Assembly: GCA_964450805.1 (NCBI GenBank)
Contig: CAYVDD010000001.1
Coordinates: forward strand, 134,595-198,594
Direction of reading: 5' to 3'
DNA length: 64,000 nucleotides
DNA from: an uncultured Candidatus Saccharibacteria bacterium
GTDB lineage: Bacteria; Patescibacteriota; Minisyncoccia; Minisyncoccales; JANBVM01
Shown: one piece after another, positions 55,831 to 63,895 of the stretch
Numbering within the stretch: the first letter of the stretch is position 1
Layout of the letters: each line of letters opens with the position of its first letter
Program-made: the position numbers and the translations under genes
Notes under the pieces: generated by a model
Told to the model about the DNA's origin: nothing
Seen by the model: the letters and a program-made list of their open reading frames with translations, nothing else
Databases searched by the model: none

Positions 55831-56484
55831 ATGATAGTCCAAATTTACGAAATTAGCACTCCTCTAGAAGCAATAAATATAGCAGAATTAGGTGTAGATC
55901 ATATAGGGGTTTTGGTGGGAAAAGGTAAGTATCCTCGTGAATTACCAATTGAAAAAGCAAAGCTGATTTTTCAATCACTACCGCCTAATGCTAAGAGTGT
56001 TGTTTTATCTTTATCAAATGATTTGGCAGAAATATTTGAAATTATTGAGCAAATTAAGCCAGATATACTTCATTTGGGGAGTGATGAAAAGATGCTTTCC
56101 ATAGATAAAGTAAGGGAGATCAGAAAAAAATATTCCAAATTGAAAATAATGAGAACTATTGCAGTGATAGACGAGAATACTATAAAACTCGCAAAAGAGT
56201 ATGAAACCATCGTTGATTATTTGCTTTTGGATACTTATAAGTCTCAACTTGGAGCTACTGGAGAGGTTCATAATTGGGATATAAGTAGAAAGATAGTAAA
56301 TTCAGTTAAGATTCATGTTATTCTGGCTGGCGGTTTGGGAATTGACAATGTAGCTGATGCTATTAGAAAAGTTAGACCAACAGGCGTGGATTCAAAAACA
56401 AAAACAGATAAAATTGGTAGTCACGAAAAAGACATTGAAAAGGTAAAAGAGTTTGTTAAAATTGCTAAATCGCAACTACGATAG
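55831..56484 (+). CDS. Phosphoribosylanthranilate isomerase (TrpF)-like TIM-barrel protein
   Basis: LLDTYKSQLGATGEVHNWD, ILAGGLGIDNVADAI and RPTGVDSKTKTD parallel the TrpF motifs. The ATG lies 7 nt after TGaTAAGAT. Confidence 0.65.
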   Translation: MIVQIYEISTPLEAINIAELGVDHIGVLVGKGKYPRELPIEKAKLIFQSLPPNAKSVVLSLSNDLAEIFEIIEQIKPDILHLGSDEKMLSIDKVREIRKKYSKLKIMRTIAVIDENTIKLAKEYETIVDYLLLDTYKSQLGATGEVHNWDISRKIVNSVKIHVILAGGLGIDNVADAIRKVRPTGVDSKTKTDKIGSHEKDIEKVKEFVKIAKSQLR

Positions 56485-56572
56485 ATTAATTATTGGTATA
56501 TAAATATACTTATTCTGTTGTAGGATAATGGTTCTAACATTGTTCACAATGTCCAACAACATATAATATAAT

Positions 56573-56844
56573 GTCTTTAAATTGGCGAAATTTACTTAAG
56601 ATTGCATATTTCAAAGCAAAAGAAAGCGCTAATCCATCCACCCAGAATGGAGCAGGCCATAATTCAAGCAGGTATTAAACGATTGGTAGTCCACAAACAA
56701 GCCCTTAATAGATCTAGTAGATGGCAGGAGAACATAGAACTTGCTTTTGCTATGCTTCGCGAAGCTAGGGTTAAAATTATTATTTTTGACGGTAAGATAG
56801 GGGTGGGTAAGATTTTACGAAGCAAAGAATTTTGGAATCCATGA
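56573..56844 (+). pseudogene. Second copy of the dCMP deaminase gene with a 215-bp internal deletion (frameshifted, catalytic motifs lost)
   Basis: Identical start MSLNWRNLLKIAYFKAKESANPSTQNGA, then the junction gagc|aggcc (56653/56654) joins to the equivalent of 52574, out of frame, with TAA after 9 more codons. The HAE and CxxC regions are deleted. Confidence 0.8.
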
Positions 56845-56985
56845 TAGATGAACTTATTTTTTTTATTAAACTTGTATATAAAAAAGGTTCTAACTTTGTC
56901 CAATCCCGAAGTTATTTTGCCCAAATAATTGATATTGACAAATATAAGAATATAATTATAATAATAGATAATTCTTTAACAAAAA

Positions 56986-57282
56986 GTGAAAAAATTGATT
57001 GAAAAAGAAAATATACTTTTTTGTATATTATACCTAGAAGGAGAAGATAACGAGGATTTACTAAAAAAAATAAAAGATAAAGGAATTGAAAAAATTACGA
57101 AAATCATAAAAATAGGATGGGATTTACATTATATTAATCGCATTGGAATACTAGAGATTCAAGGCTTTATAGAACCCCCTGTTTTGATAGCGGGACTTCT
57201 ATTAAAAGAGGAGAAAAAAGCTCACGAACTTTGTCTTTACCGCGGCTCTAAGATTTGGCTTTTTATCAACAGCATAAAATAA
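56986..57282 (+). CDS. Hypothetical protein (98 aa, GTG start)
   Basis: Preceded by a perfect TTGACA-16-TATAAT promoter (about 56935-56962). I recognise no family. Confidence 0.4.
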   Translation: MKKLIEKENILFCILYLEGEDNEDLLKKIKDKGIEKITKIIKIGWDLHYINRIGILEIQGFIEPPVLIAGLLLKEEKKAHELCLYRGSKIWLFINSIK

Positions 57283-57431
57283 TTTTTAAATTATTATTAA
57301 TTTTTAAAATTTATTTTTTTAAAAAACAAAAAACTAATAAATGAGGGAATGAAAAAGTTTTATGCCCTCTTATTTTTTTTAAAAAAAGATTGATTTTTGA
57401 GATTGATTTAGATAATATAAAAAACAATCAT

Positions 57432-57887
57432 ATGTCAAAATATCTAACCCTAGAAGGGCTGAAAAAAGTAAAAAAAGAATTGGATTACTTAATAAATGTG
57501 GAAAGAAAGGAGATTGCAAAGAGGATAAGGCATGCTGCTTCTTTTGGCGATCTTAGTGAAAATGCTGCTTATGATGAAGCAAAAGATGCCCAGGGATTCT
57601 TAGAAGAAAAAATCCGCAGATTAAAGAAAGTCTTGTCTCAAGCTCAAGTAATAAAAAAAGAAAAGAGCGGAAAAGTACAGATTGGCTCTATAGTTTATCT
57701 AAAATCAGAAAATAACAAAAAACAAAAATTCCAAATTGTAGGATCAGAAGAGGTTGATATTATGAAAGGAAGAATATCTCAAGAATCACTTATAGGAAGC
57801 GCTCTCTTAGGTAAATCCAAAGGAGAAAAGATAAAAATTAAAACACCTGAAGGAAAAATAGAGTATGAAATTCTTGAAGTTGAATAG
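57432..57887 (+). CDS. greA: Transcription elongation factor GreA
   Basis: MSKYLTLEGLKKVKKELDYL...FGDLSENAAYDEAKDAQ and the C-terminal FKBP-like domain. The ATG at 57432 was chosen. Confidence 0.9.
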   Translation: MSKYLTLEGLKKVKKELDYLINVERKEIAKRIRHAASFGDLSENAAYDEAKDAQGFLEEKIRRLKKVLSQAQVIKKEKSGKVQIGSIVYLKSENNKKQKFQIVGSEEVDIMKGRISQESLIGSALLGKSKGEKIKIKTPEGKIEYEILEVE

Positions 57888-57927
57888 TTATGACAATAAA
57901 GAAATAGAGGAATAAATTGATAGTACA

Positions 57928-60855
57928 ATGGACTCATCATTACTCAATAATTTAAATCAACAGCAGAAACAAGCGGTTATTCATGACAAAGGACCGCTTT
58001 TAATTGTAGCAGGAGCTGGGACAGGTAAAACCACAGCTATTACAAAAAGAATTGCTTATTTGATTGAGCAAAAAAAAGCTAAACCAGAAGAAATTCTAGC
58101 AGTTACTTTTACTGATAAAGCAGCTGGTGAAATGGAAGAAAGAGTGGACAGGCTGCTGCCTTATGGATATATAGATTTGTGGATATCAACTTTTCACTCT
58201 TTTTGCGAGAGAATCTTAAGAGAACATGCTTTAGATATTGGTCTGTCAACTGATTTTAAATTATTAGACCCTACAACAGCCTGGATGCTGATTAACCAGA
58301 ACTTAGAAAAGTTTAACCTTAATTATTATCGTCCCTTGGGAAACCAAACCAAGTTTATCCATGCTTTAATAAGTCATTTTTCCCGCTGTAAAGACCAGGG
58401 TATTTATCCCCAAGATTATTTAAAATATGCAGATAGTTTGAAAACTAATCTTACTGATTTAAAAGAATCCAAGGAAACAGAAAGATTAAAAGAAGTGGCT
58501 GGAGCTTATCATGTTTATCAAAGGCTGCTTTTGGAAAACAATTCTTTGGATTTTGGAGACTTGATTAATTATTGCTTAAAGCTGTTCCAGGACAGACCTC
58601 TTATTTTAGACAAATTCAGAAATAAGTTTAAATACATTCTGGTTGATGAGTTTCAGGATACTAACTGGGCTCAATATGAATTAATTAAATTATTAGCTTT
58701 GCCTGAAAATAATCTTACGGTTTGCGCTGACGATGACCAGGCAATTTATAGATGGAGAGGCGCTTCTTATAACAACATTATTCAATTTCAAAAAAACTTT
58801 CCAAAAACAAAAGAAATTTTTTTAATTGAAAATTATCGTTCAACTCAAAACATATTAGATTTATCATATAAATTCATTAAAACTAATAACCCAAATCGTC
58901 TGGAATATATCAGTAAAATAAGTAAGAAATTAAAAGCTAATAAAACAGGCGAGGGGATTATAGAGCATTTACACTTTAAAGATTTATATGAAGAAACACA
59001 GGGAGTGATTAATAAAATTGCTGACATAGTTAAAGAAAATAAAGATGTTTGTTTTGGTGATTTTGCAATCTTAGTCAGGGCTAATAATCATGCCAATGCT
59101 TTTACCAGAGCTTTAGAAAGAGCTAACTTTCCTTATCAGTTCTTAGCATCCAGAGGATTGTATTCTAAAACAGTTATTTTAAATATAATTTCTTATTTCA
59201 AGCTCTTAGATGATTACCATGAAAGTCCTGCTTTATACAGAATTCTGAATCTTCCTTTCTTAAATATTCCAACAAAAGATATTGCAAAGATCAACCAGTA
59301 TGCCAAGCGTAAAACAAAATCTTTATACGAAGCTTTAAATGAGCTTCCCCTCATACACGGTGTTTCTCCTTCATCTGGACAAGCAGTTAATTTGATATTA
59401 AGCCTGATTAAAAAACACACTGAATTATCTAAAAATAAAAATGTTTCAGAGGTTTTAGTTTCGTTTTTAAAAGATTCAGGTTATCTGAAATACTTATCAG
59501 GCAAAGAAAACAAACAGCAAATAGATTTAATCAATCAGTTTTATCAAAAAATAAAAAATTTTGAAGAAGTTAATATAGACGCTTCTCTTAAAAGCTTTAT
59601 GGAAAGTTTAAATATGGAGATTGAATCAGGTGAACAGGGTAAGATCAGTTTTGATATAGAGCAAGGTCCGGACATGATCCGGGTTATGACCATTCATTCA
59701 GCTAAAGGTCTGGAGTTTAAGTATGTGTTTTTAGTTAATCTGGTTGACAGAAGATTTCCAACTTCACAACGTAAAGAACCGATTGAAATACCAGAAAATT
59801 TAATTAAAGAAATTATTCCAGAAGGTGATGTTCATTTAGAAGAAGAAAGAAGGCTTTGTTATGTAGCAATGACCAGAGCTAAAGAAAAATTATTTTTAAC
59901 TTCTGCTGATAATTATGGCGGAGTTAGAAAGAAAAAACCTTCCAGATTTTTAATGGAAATGGGTTTTATTAAAAAGGGCGATGAACTGATTGCAAAAAAT
60001 ATAGAGTCAGTTGCTGTGAGAAAACAGAAGAAAAAAATAACTGTTCCTTTAAATTTACCCCCTTATCTTTCATTCTCGCAAATAGCAGCTTTTGGAAAAT
60101 GTCCTTTGCAGTATAAATTTGCCCATATATTGAAAATTCCAATAAGAGGCAAGGCAGTGTTTTCATTTGGAAAAGCAATCCACAACACCTTATATGATTT
60201 TGTAAGACTGACTGACAGCGGAAAGAATGCTGTTCAGTCTGCTTTATTTGGAACAGATAAACAAAAAGAACAAAAAACAGGAAAAAAAGTTTTAAACCTG
60301 TCTGATTTAGTTGAATTGTATAAAAAAAACTGGATTGATGACTGGTATGAATCAAAAAACCAGAAACAAGAGTATTACAAATTAGGCCAGAAAATAATTA
60401 AAGATTTTTATGATAAATTTATTCAAGAACAACCTAAAATCTTCAGGATTAATAAAGAGCCAGCCTTAGAAGTACAGTTCAGATTTAAGACAGCTGGCAA
60501 CACCTTATTTGGCAAAATAGACAGAATAGATGAAATTAAAGATGGAATTGAAATAATAGATTATAAGACCGGGAAATACAAAGAAAAATTATCTTCTGAA
60601 GATAAACAACAGCTTTTAATCTATCAGATGGCAGCTGAACAGGCTTTGGGTTTGAAGCCTGTAAAACTTAGTTATTATTATTTAGAACAAGGCAAAAAAA
60701 CTTCATTTTTGGGAAGCGAGCAGGATAAAGAAAATCAAAAACAAGAGATAACAGCTATAGCTAAAAAGATAAAAAACAGCAGTTTTGATGCTAATCCAGG
60801 CTGGCAATGTAAATTTTGTGATTTTCAAGATATTTGTGATTATGCTCAGAAATAA
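57928..60855 (+). CDS. UvrD/PcrA/AddA-type ATP-dependent helicase fused to a C-terminal PD-(D/E)XK (Cas4/RecB-like) nuclease domain
   Basis: AGAGTGKT, VDEFQDTN, TIHSAKGLEF and YVAMTRAK helicase motifs. The C-terminus has CPLQYKF ... IDYKTGK ... CKFCDFQDIC (iron-sulfur-type Cys). Confidence 0.85.
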   Translation: MDSSLLNNLNQQQKQAVIHDKGPLLIVAGAGTGKTTAITKRIAYLIEQKKAKPEEILAVTFTDKAAGEMEERVDRLLPYGYIDLWISTFHSFCERILREHALDIGLSTDFKLLDPTTAWMLINQNLEKFNLNYYRPLGNQTKFIHALISHFSRCKDQGIYPQDYLKYADSLKTNLTDLKESKETERLKEVAGAYHVYQRLLLENNSLDFGDLINYCLKLFQDRPLILDKFRNKFKYILVDEFQDTNWAQYELIKLLALPENNLTVCADDDQAIYRWRGASYNNIIQFQKNFPKTKEIFLIENYRSTQNILDLSYKFIKTNNPNRLEYISKISKKLKANKTGEGIIEHLHFKDLYEETQGVINKIADIVKENKDVCFGDFAILVRANNHANAFTRALERANFPYQFLASRGLYSKTVILNIISYFKLLDDYHESPALYRILNLPFLNIPTKDIAKINQYAKRKTKSLYEALNELPLIHGVSPSSGQAVNLILSLIKKHTELSKNKNVSEVLVSFLKDSGYLKYLSGKENKQQIDLINQFYQKIKNFEEVNIDASLKSFMESLNMEIESGEQGKISFDIEQGPDMIRVMTIHSAKGLEFKYVFLVNLVDRRFPTSQRKEPIEIPENLIKEIIPEGDVHLEEERRLCYVAMTRAKEKLFLTSADNYGGVRKKKPSRFLMEMGFIKKGDELIAKNIESVAVRKQKKKITVPLNLPPYLSFSQIAAFGKCPLQYKFAHILKIPIRGKAVFSFGKAIHNTLYDFVRLTDSGKNAVQSALFGTDKQKEQKTGKKVLNLSDLVELYKKNWIDDWYESKNQKQEYYKLGQKIIKDFYDKFIQEQPKIFRINKEPALEVQFRFKTAGNTLFGKIDRIDEIKDGIEIIDYKTGKYKEKLSSEDKQQLLIYQMAAEQALGLKPVKLSYYYLEQGKKTSFLGSEQDKENQKQEITAIAKKIKNSSFDANPGWQCKFCDFQDICDYAQK

Positions 60856-60862
60856 ACAACTT

Positions 60863-60896
60863 AAAACCCCGCAAAATTATGCGGGGCTTTAGTTTT
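60863..60896. terminator. Bidirectional terminator between convergent genes
   Basis: aaaaCCCCGCaaaattatGCGGGGctttagtttt. Confidence 0.75.
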
Positions 60897-60904
60897 ATTT
60901 TAGT

Positions 60905-61096
60905 TTATCGTCTGAACTCTCTTCTTGGAGGTCTTCTTTTGGCATGACATTCTCTGCAGTAAATTGGTCTGTCTGCTGATGGTTCAAAAGGAAGTTCTTT
61001 TATTTCCTTTCCACAATCAGCGCATTTCCAATCTCCTTTAAACATCTGTCTTTCGCCAAAGTCTCTTTTTGGACGATCTTTAAAATCGTTAAACAT
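60905..61096 (-). CDS. Small basic zinc-ribbon protein (CxxC-x18-CxxC)
   Basis: KCADCGKEIKELPFEPSADRPIYCRECHAKRR resembles the CxxC-x17-CxxC domain family (FxP..DRPVYCR.C). Confidence 0.65.
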   Translation of the reverse strand: MFNDFKDRPKRDFGERQMFKGDWKCADCGKEIKELPFEPSADRPIYCRECHAKRRPPRREFRR

Positions 61097-61280
61097 GTAT
61101 TAAGATCACGATTTAAGCTTTAAATAAAGCCTATTCGAAACGTTTAAAATTTATAATTGAACGACCTTTCGATTACTAAGTCGTTCTATTTTAAATATTT
61201 CGACTTATAATCTAATAATAAAACAATAGCATATTGTTTTTAAAAGGTCAATAGCTCTTTGAGCAAGGGATAAATAGGTA

Positions 61281-61344
61281 TTGACAATATTTTTAACTAA
61301 GATACAATTTTCTTTGTAAGACATTAATGGGGATAGTCTCCCAT
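61281..61344 (+). promoter_or_regulatory. Promoter + conserved 5' hairpin, unit 1 (paralogue of 62409-62474)
   Basis: TTGACAATA...gaTACAATttt, then 16 nt, then the hairpin aatggggATAGTCtcccatt (61325-61344). Confidence 0.6.
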
Positions 61345-61371
61345 TCTAAATACAAATATTAGAAAACATCT

Positions 61372-61464
61372 ATGATTGCCAAAACTTTATTTCTTATTGA
61401 TGACGAGGAGGAAGAAGAAGAAAAAAAAGAGTGTGGTTGTGAAGGTGAATGTACTTGTGGATAA
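61372..61464 (+). CDS. Candidate 30-aa acidic, Cys-rich micropeptide
   Basis: My translation is MIAKTLFLIDDEEEEEEKKECGCEGECTCG. It is bracketed by its own promoter/hairpin and a terminator (61483-61509). Confidence 0.4.
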   Translation: MIAKTLFLIDDEEEEEEKKECGCEGECTCG

Positions 61465-61482
61465 TTCTCTTGTTTAATATTT

Positions 61483-61517
61483 AAAAAATCGCCCTAAGGG
61501 CGGTTTTTTGTTATAAT
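61483..61517 (+). terminator. Terminator fused to an extended -10 promoter (module family)
   Basis: aaaaaaTCGCCCtaaGGGCGGttttttGtTATAAT. Confidence 0.65.
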
Positions 61518-61544
61518 AAATACTAGAAAATTATTTTTGACTAT

Positions 61545-62366
61545 ATGCTTATGAATTCTAAAGATATTGTTATTTTAATAGCTGTTAGTGTTTTAATATT
61601 TTTTATTTATAACGAGATATTTCTTTCTGCTCCTAAGGTCTTTGACCCTCTTAATACTGCTTATATAATTGAACATGAATCATATACCTTAAGAGATGGA
61701 AAATCAGAAAAAGAAATTATCCCTGGCTCAGCAACAAAAATTAAAACAATGGCATGGGGCAAACCTGCAATAGGGGATTTAAATGCTGATGGTGCTGATG
61801 ATGCTGCTTTGGTTTTGGTTCATGACCCAGGAGGCAGTGGAACATTCTTTTATATAGCAGCTGCTTTAAGAAATCCTGAGACAGGACAAGCTGTTGGCAC
61901 AAATGCAGTGCTTTTAGGAGATAGAGTGGCACTGCAAAATATTTCTGTTTATGAAGGAAAAGTTGAATTAAATTATGCTGATAGATTTCCATGGGAACCA
62001 TTTTCTGCACAACCATCAGTTGGAAAAACAAAGATTTTAGAGATTAAGAATAATGAACTGAAAGAAATTAACAGGCCAATTTTATCACAGGCAACTGCTG
62101 ATTCTTTAATTAAAGAAGCTTGGGGAGACTGTACTTTAGATGTTTGTGAGAAATTAACAATAAATAAATTAGATGGAAAAGATGGTGTTTGGTTTATAGA
62201 AGCTATTTATGACGGATTAAAAGATGACTCAGTGCGAGCCAGGAAAAAGATTGCCAATGTTCATTATGTAAATGATGCTTGGGAATTAGGAACAACAATA
62301 ATTGATGAGCATAAATGCCAGCCAAACCGCGGACATCAGGATTTTTCTGACGAACTTTGTCTTTAA
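61545..62366 (+). CDS. Hypothetical N-terminally anchored extracytoplasmic protein
   Basis: TM helix IVILIAVSVLIFFIY and the FG-GAP/VCBS-like GDLNADGADDAALVLV. Confidence 0.5.
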   Translation: MLMNSKDIVILIAVSVLIFFIYNEIFLSAPKVFDPLNTAYIIEHESYTLRDGKSEKEIIPGSATKIKTMAWGKPAIGDLNADGADDAALVLVHDPGGSGTFFYIAAALRNPETGQAVGTNAVLLGDRVALQNISVYEGKVELNYADRFPWEPFSAQPSVGKTKILEIKNNELKEINRPILSQATADSLIKEAWGDCTLDVCEKLTINKLDGKDGVWFIEAIYDGLKDDSVRARKKIANVHYVNDAWELGTTIIDEHKCQPNRGHQDFSDELCL

Positions 62367-62408
62367 TTAATATAATTATTTTAATTGTTTTGAATTAAAG
62401 TTTTTTAC

Positions 62409-62474
62409 TTGACAATACCTGAATAATTAAGATAGAATTTTATTATAAAGGTTAAATGGGGCTAGTCTCCCATT
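62409..62474 (+). promoter_or_regulatory. Promoter + conserved 5' hairpin, unit 2
   Basis: TTGACAATA...gaTAGAATttt, then 16 nt, then the hairpin aatggggCTAGTCtcccatt (62455-62474). Confidence 0.6.
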
Positions 62475-62534
62475 GCCACCCAGAAAGGGAATTCTTATTT
62501 TCCTTTTATTTTTAAGATAAACATAAAGATTATT

Positions 62535-62696
62535 ATGACAAATACTTTTTTAATGCAAGATGAACAACCTCAGGCTCCTAAGCAAGAAACAGGGAGTGAG
62601 ACACCAGATACTGGAACTGAAGCCCCAAAACCTGAAACTGAAACTCCGAAGACTGGAAGCGAAGAAGGTAAGGAAGAAGATAAGAAGGAAGGCTGA
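62535..62696 (+). CDS. Candidate 53-aa acidic, P/T/E-rich micropeptide
   Basis: My translation is MTNTFLMQDEQPQAPKQETGSETPDTGTEAPKPETETPKTGSEEGKEEDKKEG. It ends upstream of the terminator at 62722-62745, whereas the overlapping basic ORF 62560-62754 runs through that terminator. Confidence 0.4.
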   Translation: MTNTFLMQDEQPQAPKQETGSETPDTGTEAPKPETETPKTGSEEGKEEDKKEG

Positions 62697-62721
62697 GTTG
62701 AATAAATTTAGAACCAGAAGA

Positions 62722-62745
62722 AGCGCCATAATAGGTGCTTTTTCT
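62722..62745 (+). terminator. Rho-independent terminator
   Basis: AGCGCCataataGGTGCTttttct. Confidence 0.55.
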
Positions 62746-62866
62746 AATATTTAAAATAAAGATTAAAGGTGGTTTTTGAATAGCAAACATAATCTTATAT
62801 TAACCTTTAATATTGTGCGACATTTATTGGAGAAAGGAAACCACTAGGGTAGAGAACTAGTGTTTT

Positions 62867-63895
62867 TTAGTCTTTTAACTTTTTACCACTATGAAATTTA
62901 CGGTGAATGTTTCTCAGGCGCTTACTTGTTACATGAGTATAGATTTGGGTTGAAGTAATACTTCTGTGACCTAAAAACTCTTGAATAGTTCTTAAATCAA
63001 CACCTTGGTTTAAAAGGTCAGTTGCCATGGAATGCCTAAGTGTGTGCGGAGTAGTAAAAACAGGAATTCCAGCTAAAACTGCATACTTCTTAACTAATCT
63101 CTGAATGGAACGAGAGGTGAGTCGACTATCTGATCCTTTCTTGGCTCTATAATGAATGAATAGAGCTTTTTCTTTATCTTTACGTGAATCTAAATATTTT
63201 TTAATCCAACTCAATGCTCTTTCTGAAAAATACACTGTTCTAGCAGATCCGCCTTTGCCAATAACTGAAAGTTCTAAGTCTTTCTTTTTTTTGATATTAT
63301 AGAATTGCTCTTTGTTCAAAGCAACAAGTTCTGCAATTCTCAAACCTGTTGAAAATAATGACTCTAAAATAACCTTATCTCTTAAGCCAATTCTGGTGTT
63401 ATGGTTAGGGGATTTTAAGAACTTTTCAATCTGTTCTAAGTTAAGGAATTTAATGGCTTTATCCTTTTTAGCGTCCTTGGGAAGCTTTATCTTGTCTGCA
63501 GGCAATGATTGTATGTCTTTGGCTGAAAAATAGCTTAGAAAGGCTCTGAGAGCGATAAGATAGTAGTTCTGGGTGATTTTCTTTAAGTTCTTGCCTTTAT
63601 TAGTGTTAAAGCGGGATAGGAATAAGCGATATTTCCATACATTATCAGCTGTAAATTGATGGGGTAGTAATTTTTCATTTTTTGTCTTTTTCAGCCAAAA
63701 TTCAAACTTATTTAAATATCTCTTATAATTCTCCTGGGTTTTATTAGACAAACCTTTCTCAACTTCACAATAATCTAAAAAATCAAAAATATGGCTTATT
63801 ATTGGTGTCTTTGATTTTTTCATTTTTTTAAGGATTTTAGGGAAGTGGTCTAATTTATATATACTAAACGTCGCTTTACCATCATTGTGCGACAT
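62867..63895 (-). CDS. Tyrosine recombinase / integrase (XerC/XerD-like)
   Basis: N-terminal SAM-like domain, then RDKVILESLFSTGLRIAEL (catalytic R), HTLRHSMATDLL (HxxR) and LGHRSITSTQIYTHV (H...Y). Confidence 0.88.
   Translation of the reverse strand: MSHNDGKATFSIYKLDHFPKILKKMKKSKTPIISHIFDFLDYCEVEKGLSNKTQENYKRYLNKFEFWLKKTKNEKLLPHQFTADNVWKYRLFLSRFNTNKGKNLKKITQNYYLIALRAFLSYFSAKDIQSLPADKIKLPKDAKKDKAIKFLNLEQIEKFLKSPNHNTRIGLRDKVILESLFSTGLRIAELVALNKEQFYNIKKKKDLELSVIGKGGSARTVYFSERALSWIKKYLDSRKDKEKALFIHYRAKKGSDSRLTSRSIQRLVKKYAVLAGIPVFTTPHTLRHSMATDLLNQGVDLRTIQEFLGHRSITSTQIYTHVTSKRLRNIHRKFHSGKKLKD

Noticed and set aside
56602-56844. Track ORF (80 aa) considered as an independent small gene
   Set aside because: It is simply the C-terminal frame of the internally deleted dCMP deaminase copy, started at a non-ATG codon. 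The authentic ATG (56573) is out of frame with it after the 215-bp deletion.
51244-57300. The cassette array considered as a classical integron with attC sites
   Set aside because: GTTCTAAC loosely resembles the RYYYAAC inverse core. However, I found no matching GTTRRRY core 50-130 bp downstream able to pair with it, no imperfect attC hairpin with extrahelical bases, and no IntI-type integrase or attI adjacent. I kept it as an unexplained boundary motif instead.
61097-61260. The ~160-nt upstream region of the zinc-ribbon gene (minus strand), with hairpin gaacgac...gtcgttc, considered as a riboswitch or cold-shock-type leader
   Set aside because: There is only one short 7-bp stem and no recognisable conserved riboswitch core. 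The evidence is not strong enough to report as a feature.
62560-62754. Track ORF encoding a basic 64-aa protein (MNNLRLLSKKQGVRHQ...)
   Set aside because: It overlaps the acidic ORF 62535-62696 in another frame and reads straight through the intrinsic terminator hairpin at 62722-62745. The acidic frame ends before the terminator and parallels the paralogous unit at 61372-61464.
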